From contig OZ287714.1 in the NCBI GenBank assembly GCA_965649825.1, forward strand, positions 243,527 through 307,526: a DNA stretch of 64,000 nt, written 5' to 3'. The position numbers and the translations under genes are program-made. Below are positions 1 through 12,000 of the stretch, piece after piece; position 1 is the stretch's first letter; each line of letters starts with the position of its first letter. The notes below the pieces were generated by a model. It had not been told where the DNA came from. It did not search any database and saw only the letters and a program-made list of their open reading frames with translations. The DNA is from Penicillus capitatus. Lineage: Eukaryota > Plantae > Chlorophyta.

Positions 1-3000
1 CGACATTGAACGACAGCATTGGAGCGTTGCGTGGCTTCCAGTTCTGGATGAGCTGCCAGTCCTGGGCAGTAACATCGAAGGCGAAGTCGGCAGGCGGTTG
101 CAGACACACGACAAAGCTCATCTCTTTTCCAGTCTCTGTGACAAACACGATTCTGTGTTCTGACTCCTTCAGCTGCTTGACCTTCCAGGTCATCTGGAAT
201 TCTTGTTCGCTGCCCTTTTCGAGATAATACTCCTCTTGGTCAAAATGAAAATATTCACTCTTTGGTGGATACACTGTGACAGCAATCTGTTTGTGCACGA
301 GGGTATTAGCCGCTGTGAGGCACAGTTCTTTGCCATCTTCACTCTCTCTTACGATAGACGCCAGCTTCTTAGGATCGACGCTAAAGACGACCTTCTGCTT
401 TTCGAAAGAGGGTGTCGGATCTTGCCAAGATGCATTGATTCGTAGACCCCGAGATGCAGCTCCTTCGACAAAGATCTTGAGCTCCTCGGTGTGCTGGCCT
501 TCTTTGTCATGGCTGATGGACAACTTCACGGGGTATGTCTTCCCCACGTCAACTGTCCCACGCGAAAAGGAGAGCTTTACATTTCGACTGTCTGTTCGGA
601 GTTCAAAGACAACGGGCACTTGGCCGACATTCTTGATCTGGAAAGCGCGACGGGCTGTTCGCCGGACTTTGATATCTGAGAGATACCAGGTATCATCGAT
701 TTTTCGATGACGGTTATCAAACAGTTCGAAATGGGGCTTCTTTATCTGGACAGTGAGCGGCAGGTATCTGTAATTCTGCATGGCGCCTATGACAAGAAAC
801 GTTTCGACTGACTCTTCCTTCAATCCCGACTTCAACCAGACGGTAAAGGGTCTCTCGTTCCCTGCTTGGAGAGTCATGCGTGATTCCTCCAAGGACAGAG
901 AGCTGGTAATGCGCATGTGCTGGATCTGGGATTTGACGAGAACGGGCAGAGTTGTCATGTTCTTGACAGACACAGAGCGTTTCTGCGCTTCAGATGCAGT
1001 TCGTACAACTCCGAAATTAATCTTCGACATGCTCAGCTGAATGGCTAGTCTCTGAATGTTGACTTTCAGAACAAATGTGGCATCCAGCTCTTTATCGCCA
1101 GAGGTTATGCACCACGTCTCTCGTATCTCTCCATGTGCAGAGTCTTTGAGTGCGAACTCCAGATTCTTCGAAGCCTCGCCAGCTAACTGGATATTCTCTG
1201 TGGCTCTCAAAAGAAAGCAGGCGGCGTTAGAGTCTTCGGGTGTGATTTGGATCTGCAAATTGAAAGAAGATCGATTGACAATCTCCATTGTGTAGACACG
1301 GGTCTGTCCATGCTTTTTGCTAAGGTCTTTGGCATGTAAGAGAGTTCCAAAATCGATCTCCTTTCTTGCATCGCTCAGAATCAAGCCTCTACTCTCCGAA
1401 TGAATGATAACAATCTTGGGAATGTTGCTGAGGTTCGTTTGGGAGAGGTATTTTGGAGTGTGATTTCTGCAAGTCCCTAGTTCCCTCTTCCGTTTGACGA
1501 GGTCGGAAAAACAGCCAGACCACTGCACTTGTGCTTGGGCAAGTGCTTTAACAGCCTTCAACCAGTTGCTTGTCTTGAATTCAATGAGATCCTTCTCTCC
1601 GTGCAGTAGACAAGATTGTTTCATACGACTGATCAGCTCTAACTGCTTGGTATCGAACAAGTCGAGTCTTCTTTCGGTTGGAGATCTTAGACAGTCCAAG
1701 CATGAACGACAGAATTCATCCAGATAAGAATTCTGCACTGCCCTTCGACTGAAGACTTCCATTTTGATAACAATGGATTGGATCTCTTCAAACGCTTCTT
1801 GCACCTTAGGCGACCAGCCTTTTTTCGAGCTCGAGGTGGAAGGACAACTGGATTCGCGTGTGCTCATTCTCCAGGTGGAAAACTGAGAACGCTTGGCGAC
1901 TGCCTTGGCTAGTGCACCTGCTGCTTGTTCGATTTTGAAACGGTCGTGAACAAGAACTTCATTGGCTTTATTGAAATTCCTTATGGCAGATCTCCATTCT
2001 TCCACTTGGTGAAACTGCTTACGAGCTTGATGATACCACTGCATCTCTTCAACTTGTCGAGAAGGAGGCAGTTGCCGAAGTGCATAACGATCCCGATATC
2101 CGTATTCAGGGACGTCCTCGAGAGATCTGCGATGCTCCTCTCTCTCGAAGTTCTCCGCTAAGCATCTCATGCGGTTCGTGTAATCCAGGATACCCCCTCG
2201 GGATGATGGTTCGTAACCTGTCTCTGATGTTTCCAGACTCACGTAGATCGCCTTGGTGTCAATCGAAAAAGTAATGCTGGGACCATGATATTCCATTGGT
2301 TTGCACTCGAGGTTGGTGTAATCGCTTTCCAACTCCTTCATTGTGTAGCGCTTTCTGTATTCTTTTCTTCTTTCGTTGTAAACCACGGTCAATCGAAAAG
2401 ACTCATCATCATTGACGTCGTACGAAATCTCTTTGTTCTCTGCGGAATAGGTTTGCAGCGAGACGTGGTGCACGTTTCCAGCAGTGACGCCATTCTCGTC
2501 TGCATAGATCTGAAAGAAAGTGCCTGGGTTTGTTATGCCGATCGACAAAATGCTCAAAGTGATCTTGACAACCTTTCTCCTCAGAGGACCATAATCTAAA
2601 GGGGCATCTGTCATATTGACTCTCTGTTGCCGAGAAGTCTGCCCACGCTGTTCCCGTTGCACCCGTTGCGCCTTTTGTTGCTTTGGGCGACGTTTCATAA
2701 GCATTTCCAGATAGCTGCTCATGGCGACGAAGGCATCCAAATTCTCAAAACGCAAACGGTCTGGCAGATTCTTGGACTGGGGTCCAAAAAGCCTCCATGC
2801 TTGTTGATAGCAATCAAACATCTGCTCTGTCGAAAGAGTGAGATTGTCATCGTCAAAGAACGCAGTGGACAGCCTTTCTTGCATTTGCCAGCCTGTGTCT
2901 TCTACCATGAGATGCCTCATCAACGGTTGGTTTTCGATCAATTCATCAAATCCCTTCTCGCAGGTCGTGTACAGTTCTTCAAACTTCTCTGTGAGATGCT

Positions 3001-6000
3001 TGACATTTTTTCTCAAGTCGTCGACATCCTCTCCAATCTTCGCCGAATAAATAAACATGTCTTTATGAATGCCTGCATACAGACATCGCAAGATGGCGCA
3101 TGCTTCATCAAGAACACCAACTGTTCCTTCTTTATTATCATTCTCTGGTTGGAGCACCAGCTCTGCGGGTTGCTTCATCAACTGACTGTGTGCATTAAGG
3201 AACACGACACTCTTTTCAATCAGAGTTCTGGATGATTGCAGCACGCTACATGTCTTCCACCATTCGAAAAGCTTCTGTCCCGCAGATGCTGGGAGTTGGT
3301 TTACTAGGAGGGATATTGCGTGCAACCGGTCCATGAGTTCTCTGTCATTGAGTGAGCTAAGACCAGCTGACCCCTCTCCTTTCACATTTGGAGGTTCTTT
3401 TTGGAGATGCAAAGGTTGCAAGAACTGCTCTAAAGGCAACCGCGTTATGCTACCGGCACCGGACTCGTCTTTCTCACAGTTCGAGGCCACTGGGTCGACG
3501 TCTCTTTTTGATTCTCGGAGAGATCGCATGCAACACTCAGCGCTTTCAAACCACCAGTGATCCAGTGCTCTTGTCAAGAATTCCACGAGAAAAGGACCAG
3601 GCCGCTGTCGGTGTCGAAGCATCACTTCTGTCAGCTCGGAGAACTGTTCCTTCAGCTCCTTGAATACATCTTGCATCTCGTTTATTTGGAGGGACAGAGG
3701 TCGCTGTCGACAGGCTTCGAGCAGCACATCTTTGACTTTTAGCAGAAGCTCTTTTTCCTTCTCTTGTCCTGAACAGCTGAACATTCGAAAATTATTTATT
3801 TTCTTGACCATGTCTCGCATTCCCTGGATAAACAGTCGAGATGTGTAGGAGACGGAGGCGTACAGATGTCCATATTTCGTCAGGAAAGTCTCGATATTCC
3901 ACAAAAGCTCAAAAGGATCTGCCAGAAATTCATCCACTGTTCTTTCTGTGGAAAGGAACCAGTTATGCCAGATGCATTGAACCGACTCAAATACGCGCCG
4001 CAATTCTGGTGCATCATTCAGTGGCAGTGGTTGAAAATGACCTTCCTTTTTGGCCTCTTGAACCCTCGGAAGCAACTTCATTGTGTACAGATCTGTTTTT
4101 TCGATGCTGTCTATCTTTGAACAGCAAAGACTGACGGTGGACAGGATCAGGTTCTGTGTGTAAGCTGCAGATGCGAAGGCATCTGGTTTGCCGATGCAAC
4201 GCTCCTTCCATTCCCTATATTTGCTTTCGTCCTCCAAGAGATCCACACACAGTTCCCGGATTCCACCATCATTCGCCGCAGGACCTGTGCAGGCCTCTCG
4301 AAGTGTCTCCCACTTCTCTCTGAGCTTTTTGGAATCTTGATGCGGACTGTTTTGGTTTTTACTGAATTCCAGACTTGAGGCCGTGCGAAGGAGATACAGA
4401 ATGCGTTCATTGCCAATCGAGAGCAAAGTACACACGTCTTGAATCGCTTCTCGCACAGGATCACCCTTTTCGAGGGAACACAGGTCTTTTGTGCAAAAAT
4501 CTTCAAGTTTTTTTATCCATCCATTCAACTTGTTTTCGACGGATCCCTCGGGGGATGGATGATCCTTCAGGAAATCATTCGCCTGCCGTCCAACTTCCTT
4601 GCAGACCTCCCCTGCGGCCTCTTGGTTTGCAGCTGTCTCTCCATTGAGCATCTCGTGGAGTTCTGGCAAATCAGTTCCCAGCATTGACTCACACAGGTCT
4701 AGACCTTTGGTGGCTAATCCTTGAAATCTGCTCGACAAGTCTGCGCACAAATCCATCTTTCGTCTGTCGATTGCGTTTTTATTTTCTTCTATCTTTATCT
4801 GTAAATTCCTTAGATCTTTTTTTGTATCATCTAGCTCTTGTAGGGAGCGGATAACGTCAGCCTGGCAATGTTGTGAGAACATCGTTTCTGACATAGGATA
4901 TCTTTGGTACTGTATTATCCTCTCTTCCAGTCTTCTTTGGTTTTTGAGCCGAGTGCTCCATCCTGCATCCAGATCTGCTGCTCGTTTTTGAACTTCCTCT
5001 TTGGATGACAATCGTATTTCCTTAACAAATTGAACGAACTTTGTACGAGACAGCCAGACGGACAGCCAGACGAATTGGAAAGCGATCACGATTTCTCGAA
5101 CGATTGGTTGTTTGTCCTGATCCTCGATGCATCCCAGAAACGAATCCCACTTTCCATCTTTAAGTGCTTCAACTGCAGTGTTCATTTTTTCGGCGAAATC
5201 TCTAAAGATCTGTGCTTTGGTGCCGCGATCAGTCAACAATGCATGACGCGCCAACAGTCCTCCACTCCCATCGACATCCAGACAAGCGGATTTTCTTGGC
5301 TGGTGTGTGATACAGTCATGGGCGACGCTTCTGTTAAAACTGAAAATGACTGCAACATCGTCTTCCGTGAGCTCAGGGCATAAGAATGAGAAGTTTGCAC
5401 TTGCCATCGACGAATGCGAAGCAAGGCGTGTTCTCAGTTTTGCTGCATGCTCCCTCAGTTTCTCAAAGGTCGAAATGGCTTGCAGCACCGTCAGCGTCTT
5501 TCCAGAACACATGTCGAGTAGACCGATGATTCCATTTTTTATGTCCTCAGCTCGCCACGCCCGCAGCAGTTCACGATATGGTCCTAAGAGATGTTTAGCT
5601 TTCATGCTGATGAGCTCGTCGACAGCTGCATGGATAAGAACATCGTGTACCTCTTGTTTACTGGCTTCAAAAGTCAACTGCAGCTCCAGTTTGTCAGAGA
5701 ATACATGCAGCTGAGATAATTCAGTGACCCTTTTACTCTTTTCCTTTGGATCCTCCGCCTTTTTGTAACACCGGATGATTTCAGCTGCTTTCTTCGATAG
5801 AGCTTGATGTTGACAAGACTGCATCCATGACATCAGCTGTTCCAAGAACTTTTCGGTATCTTCTGGTCTCTCAAGTTCCTCTGTCAAGCACTTCTCTAGA
5901 TCGTTCATCGGATTCGTGTTCGTCCAGCCACTTTCAGCAAAAGTGGACGGTAAGTTATTCACTGGAGCGAAGGAGGATTCTCGCAGACAGCTGTCATACA

Positions 6001-9000
6001 TTATGCTCAACTCTTTGCTTTCTTGTGCCACTGAGAAGTGTTTTTCACTGTCCTCATTCAACATCGATCTATTCAGATCTTGAAGATTGCCCAATTTGTC
6101 GCCGTATCTGTCCAATGTATCCATACTGCACGTTGACGGGTCCAGCCTATCCAGTTCCTTACACGTCTTGATGGCTTCCCTCATTATGGTGGCAGACGTT
6201 TGCTGGGGGCTCTTCTTCGCTTCTTGCCACAGACTTTGATACTTGCTCTTCAGGGTGCGAATCTCATACTTGTATCGGTCCAACTGTGAACTCCATCCTG
6301 AATCGGGCCTACTCCTCATCAGATTGACATCACTGTCACCGAGTAGATTGCTGTCTTTTATTTCTTTCAGTTGCGCATACATACACTTCATTTCACCGAA
6401 TACATCATTCAGACCATTTCTTTGCAGCAAGTCTTCTGAAATGCCCAATTCTTTAATGAGGCCCGTGTATCTCTCTTTCCAGGTATCAAATATGGCAAGC
6501 TCTTTCTCTTTGTCGAGAACCATGACATCCGAATGGCTCTGTTGCAAAAGTCCGACAAAGTAGTCAACTGCTTCTGGCAGAAATTCAAGCATACGTGAGA
6601 ACTTGGAGCAAAGATTGTCGTCTCCAGTGTCCAATCTGGTAGCTGCGTACTGGATGATGAATTCTTTTGCTTTAAGGATCGGTTTCAGGAAATCCACTGC
6701 TTCGAATACGCCTTCAAACTTCTTTCTGATGATCCTGTCCAGTTTGCTCATTTCGTTCACAAGATCTCGATCAGGATGGTCTTTCAGTCTCTCGAAGAGA
6801 TCATGAAATCCGTATGCGATGGACGTCGATCCCCAATCAGACGAAGATACCTTGCTTTCAATGAAGCTCAGCTGTTCTCTGACAGCATTCGTCCCTTGTT
6901 TCTTCCGTTCTTCATTGAACTTCTCGAGGGACGCCGTCAATCTCTTACGGCACTCCGGTTTCATGTGTTCTCGTTGGACTTCTCTGAGGCAGGTGTCGAC
7001 GGTTAGCGTATCACACAGCAGGGTGGTCTCATCAGTTCTCTGTCCCAGTGACTCCATCCGGTCTTTATAGACGGTCAATAGTTCTATCATTTGTGTTCGC
7101 AAAATACTTGTTCTCTTATCCACTTGTCTGTGATCCGCCGATTGACATCTGTGCTCGATCAGTGTACGAAGACATGACATCAGGACAAGCCCCAGGCTGG
7201 ACATATTTCCTTCAACGTTCTCCCAGACGATCAGTTCTTCCTTTCTCAGGTGCAGTTTGTCACCATGAACACCTTTCCATCGCAGCAACCATTCCTCTTG
7301 TTGAGATACCCTTTCGTCTGTCCGAGGACAACAGTACAGACAGAGTTGTTGGCATTCTCTGTTATCAAATACGACGAGCGCCACTAAACCATACAACGAT
7401 TCACAGCAAGACGGGTCTCCAATCAGAATAGCCGCTTGCATGCCGCCATCTCTAGAGAAGTGTTCATGCTTTGCTGTTTCTTCGTCGCATTTCAGCAGTT
7501 TTAGGGGGACATCCGAATCTCTCTCGCATTCGCAAAACAGCGAGATCCAAGTCAAGCAAAATTCACTGTTCCGAGTGCTTGTCGAACATGCGTCGAATCG
7601 GAATCCAATTTGATTGGACACAACTTCACAGAGATTCCATTGAATTGGGGCTTTGGACTTCTTCCTCTCAGCCAGAAGGTCTTCAAGAACTTGAGAATGA
7701 AACTTCACAGCATCGTCCAGATCTTTACACAATGTCGCCTCTGAACCCGGCGATCTGACAATTGTATCCAATCTCTCGAGGGCTGCTGAGATTCTTAGAC
7801 CGGTGTCTAAGGATGTCGCCTGATGACTACTGTGTGACGATGAAGGAATGGCACTTGAGATCGGATGTGCGTGAAGTTTGCTGCCTGAGCCATACGCATC
7901 TGACCAGAATGGTTCGTCCTCCTCGCGGCACAAGATCTTGTATCGCATCTTCCACATCTCTGTCACGAGTCTCGCTCGACTGATCAGTATTTGGAGTTTG
8001 AGCACTTCTCCAGCGGAGAACTGTGCTCGATGCATGAGAACAAGGCGTTCGTGCAGACGCAATGATGTCTTCCAGTCGAGGACAACAAGTGAGAAACACA
8101 ACACCAAGTGGTTTTCCTCTCTCTTCGTGATACTTGAATCCCTCAGTGCTGTGATTGAATCCCTCAGCCTCGGGCCTGAGTCCGTCACTTTCTTGGACAG
8201 CTCCTTCTGCAGTGCAAATTTTAATGCCTTGTTCTGACACCGGTTTTGCAGCTCATGCAGAGAATTGACACTCTTTGTGAAGTACTCTTTCTCAAATGCA
8301 CGGAAGTAGTGAGTCAGGTGTCGTATACAGAGCAAACTCTTGGCTTTTTTCATCATACTCGGAATCTCTAACTCCTGACAATGTGGATTTCCATCCGCCA
8401 ATTCTATCAGCGAACGAAGGACTTCGTGTGTGTCTTCCAGAAAGCTCCTTCTTTGCTGCCAGTCGGAGAATGTGGAGTTTGACATGAGCTCTTTGTACAT
8501 GGCAATGAGCCGTTGCAGGTTCTTGTTGACGTATTCGTTGACTGTCATCTTCCTGGTTTCGCTGATTTGCTCCGTGATTCTTCGCAGTTGATGACATCCG
8601 TGCGTTCCGCAGTGTGCCCGAAACTTCCTCATGTCGGCATGACAATCGTGGAGATGGTTCTGGAGTTCTTGACAAGCCTCCTTCTCTTCCGGATAGATCT
8701 TTGTGAACACCGTATCCAGAAAGGACTTCATTGCTTCTCTGAATTCATTCCTGTTTTGCACTTTCAGAAACTGTGTCACCAACTGCTCCAAGATGACATG
8801 AATGAACGACGCGAAAACAATTCGGAGTTCTCTGGTCTCTCTCTGGAAAGGCGTGAAGATGCGTTTGTCTCTTCTTTCGGATAGATTCACAAGAGACAGA
8901 GAACGCGCCTCTCTGCATGACTGCAACATCGCTTCGTACAGCCATTGCAGATCATCGGTTTCCTTGACAACTGCAGCATACGTCCTCCAGAGACCCCATA

Positions 9001-12000
9001 CGACAGCAGTGAACAGTTGTTCACCGCGATCCAGCCAAGTCCGAGCAACGGATATTGCTTGCTTCAGAGTTCGGAAGGTGATGGATGTGTCTTTCAACAC
9101 CATCAGCTTCGATGTCCGCACATTGTTTCTCACTTGGGCGTGAAACAGTGCCGACAGTAATGCAGCGACGTCGCCACCGGCATGAGATCCCAATTGCTCT
9201 GAAACAATGTCGACAATTTCGTGCCTCTTCAGCTCGTTTGTTTTCATCTCGGATACATCACCTACAATGAAAAGGGTTAAAGAAGATAAAAATTCAAGAC
9301 CGCCCTGCTGCTTACTATCGATCTCTGGAAGCCAGATCTTGATCATTCTGTTGAGCAAGGGGTTTGACATTTTATAGGTGTTGATTCGCTTCCTATCTGC
9401 AGCAGCGAATATTCTGGTCTCTGGGTGAATGCCACTCGCACGAGTCAACACTTTTCCATCCGAGTGTTCGTAGAGGTTAAGACTTGGGGTTTCTTCGAAC
9501 AGAGAAAGAACTCTCTCGATCACATCTGGCGGCGCAGCATTGATGTCGTCGAAGAAAACAAAGTGTCCAGATTCGAGGGCTTTGATGAGGTCGGCTTCGA
9601 CGAAGGTGAAGACGAGTCCTTCTGGAGAATCCACGTTCGATCTGCACTCGTACTCAAGCAGCCGGAATCTGCGACGGAATTCTGTAGATCGTTTCGATTC
9701 TCCCTTTTCCAGCACGACCATCAGGTCATTCAGTCTCTTTACTGTGTCGCTCAGTGTATCTTCATTTCGGGCACTTGCTGCAGGCATGTACGCCCATCTC
9801 GCGCTCATGAAGAATTCCCTTTTCAGCACCTCGTCATTCCAACTCTCGGTCATTTTCATACCATGGAGTAACATTTCATCTCTCAGAAAGAAGATACTCT
9901 GCTTCAGTTTCTCCGAAATGGTTTTGGGCGAAAGAGGCAACCATTGTCCAATCAGGTTAGAGACTTCGCAGTCGCGATGCAGAGAGAGCACCAACAGCGG
10001 TCTTCCTGTGAGCAGGGCCAATTCTCTGACAAGGGCTGTCTTCTTGGAACACGTTCCACCCTCGAGCAGCACCGTCCTTTGTGACTCGCACGCGGAAGCT
10101 AGCAAACTCAGCTGCTTTACGGTCCTCTCTGAGTGCACCAGTGACCCAGATGATGACAGTCCTTCTGTCCTGTCCATGTAGACACATCCGATACGCACAA
10201 CGTCTGCCACAGATGCATCGATCGTCATGCTGCTCATCTCATCGGTATCGATGCAAGGTGGCGTCACAATCCGATCAATGATGTTTTGGACTTGATCTTG
10301 AGCCTCTCGGCTCTCGAAACGATGTTTGAAGACAAGTTCCAAAGCACTGCGAAGAACGAGATCGACAATGGCAGATCGATCAAACTCTGATTGCTCCATA
10401 CCATCGTGCTCACGCCACTTTACTTCATAGTGAGAAATCTGCGCTTCCACATTTCCTAACATAATGTCCCGAACAGCAACAAGGTCTCTCAGATTGAACT
10501 TATGTCTTCTGTAAGTTCCCTTCAATGTGCCAGACTCAACCAGCTGCGTTACTTCTCTGTACACACTGAAAATCTGCTCCACGATTTCCTTGCGCACAAG
10601 GGTTTGTCTTTCCTTCGCCGTCATCGTGCTGAAGATGACATCCAGTATCTCAGAGAGCTCATCATCCGACTGACTTTCGCAAAACACGACTGTGAAGAGG
10701 TTCTTGAACGATCTGGCCAGTTTTACGCGTCCTCCGCCTTCGATTGCAGGGTTCATTGTGGCAAACAGACGAATTCCCTTGACCTGCATGCGTCCAGATC
10801 CTGCCTGTCCAGGAATGGCAAAGCCGTTCTCGATAGCAGATCCATTCAGCAGCGGAATAAGGGACTCCAGCACCTCGGGGCGCAGAAGATTGATCTCATC
10901 GAGCAAGATCCATTTTTTATGCGCGAGAGCTGAAAGCAGTTTGCCATTTCTCCATTCGAATGTTCGGCAGTTGTTGTTATATACAGGCACAACAGAGCCA
11001 AAGAGTTGCTCGATTGTTGTGTCCCTCGAACAATTGATGCGTTCGAGATCTGTCTTCATCTGACGAGCGACTTGAATGACAACAGCCGTTTTGCCTAAAA
11101 ACGGATGCGTCGGCGAAAGATTCGGAGTTTTGTAAGAAGACGCTTACCAATTCCGGGCTGGCCTTCCAACAGAAGTGGGGAGTCTGTGTTGATGGCGGCG
11201 AAGATCAGGGCCATGTTCTTCAAGACGGTTCTGGTCGAGCAGAATGGTACGTCTTCCTTTTGTTCAGTCAAAGGCTGTCGTTCATCTAGGGATATTTCTA
11301 AAGAGAGTTGAGTTCCTGTCAGAGAGACGGTCATTTTGTTGTCATGCGTCTTGATGCAAATGGGATTCTCGCTCTTCTCCGGCATCTCAAAATGCATTTG
11401 GCAGTAGTCTTCCTCGAAGCACTTCTTGAGCATCTTATCTTGCATATCAAGTGAATATCCGGAGAGATAGAAGAATCTGGCACCCAGCATACATCTCTCC
11501 TTGACACTCACGTTGTCTGGATGATTCACGATGAAATTGGTCCATCGCAAAACTCTCCTCACATCTCTGCTCGATTGTTCAAAAGGGCCTTCTGTCACCT
11601 CCTCGTGCACACGCCGAATCATCTTCCTTAAATCTTTGATGTGTGTCTGATCTTCATTGGACAGGTCGTGCGTCAGTTTTTCTTTGACAATTGACAGGAC
11701 ATCTTCGAATGTGTATGAAGGGACATAAATCTGAGTGATTCTGCTCTTGGTGGCATCACTCAATCGTGGCTTTTTCGTTGAGGATTCTAGATGTACGGTG
11801 GCAATGAAGCTGTATCCTTCTCTTGGAATGTCCAGCTTTGTCGTTTCTGCTCTGCAGGACAAAATGTCTTCAGGGATAGAGAATGTCGGATCGATTTCGA
11901 GAGCGCTGTTCAGCCGTTCTGTAACGGACTGAGGACACAGGTCATAGTCCTCGACGACGAAAATATGTTTCATTGTGATGGCCTTCACGAATGGGCCATC

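Noticed and set aside
6-11063. The many plus-strand and short minus-strand ORFs in 1-11 kb
   Set aside because: They are antisense or off-frame shadows of the single uninterrupted minus-strand frame of the giant ATPase.
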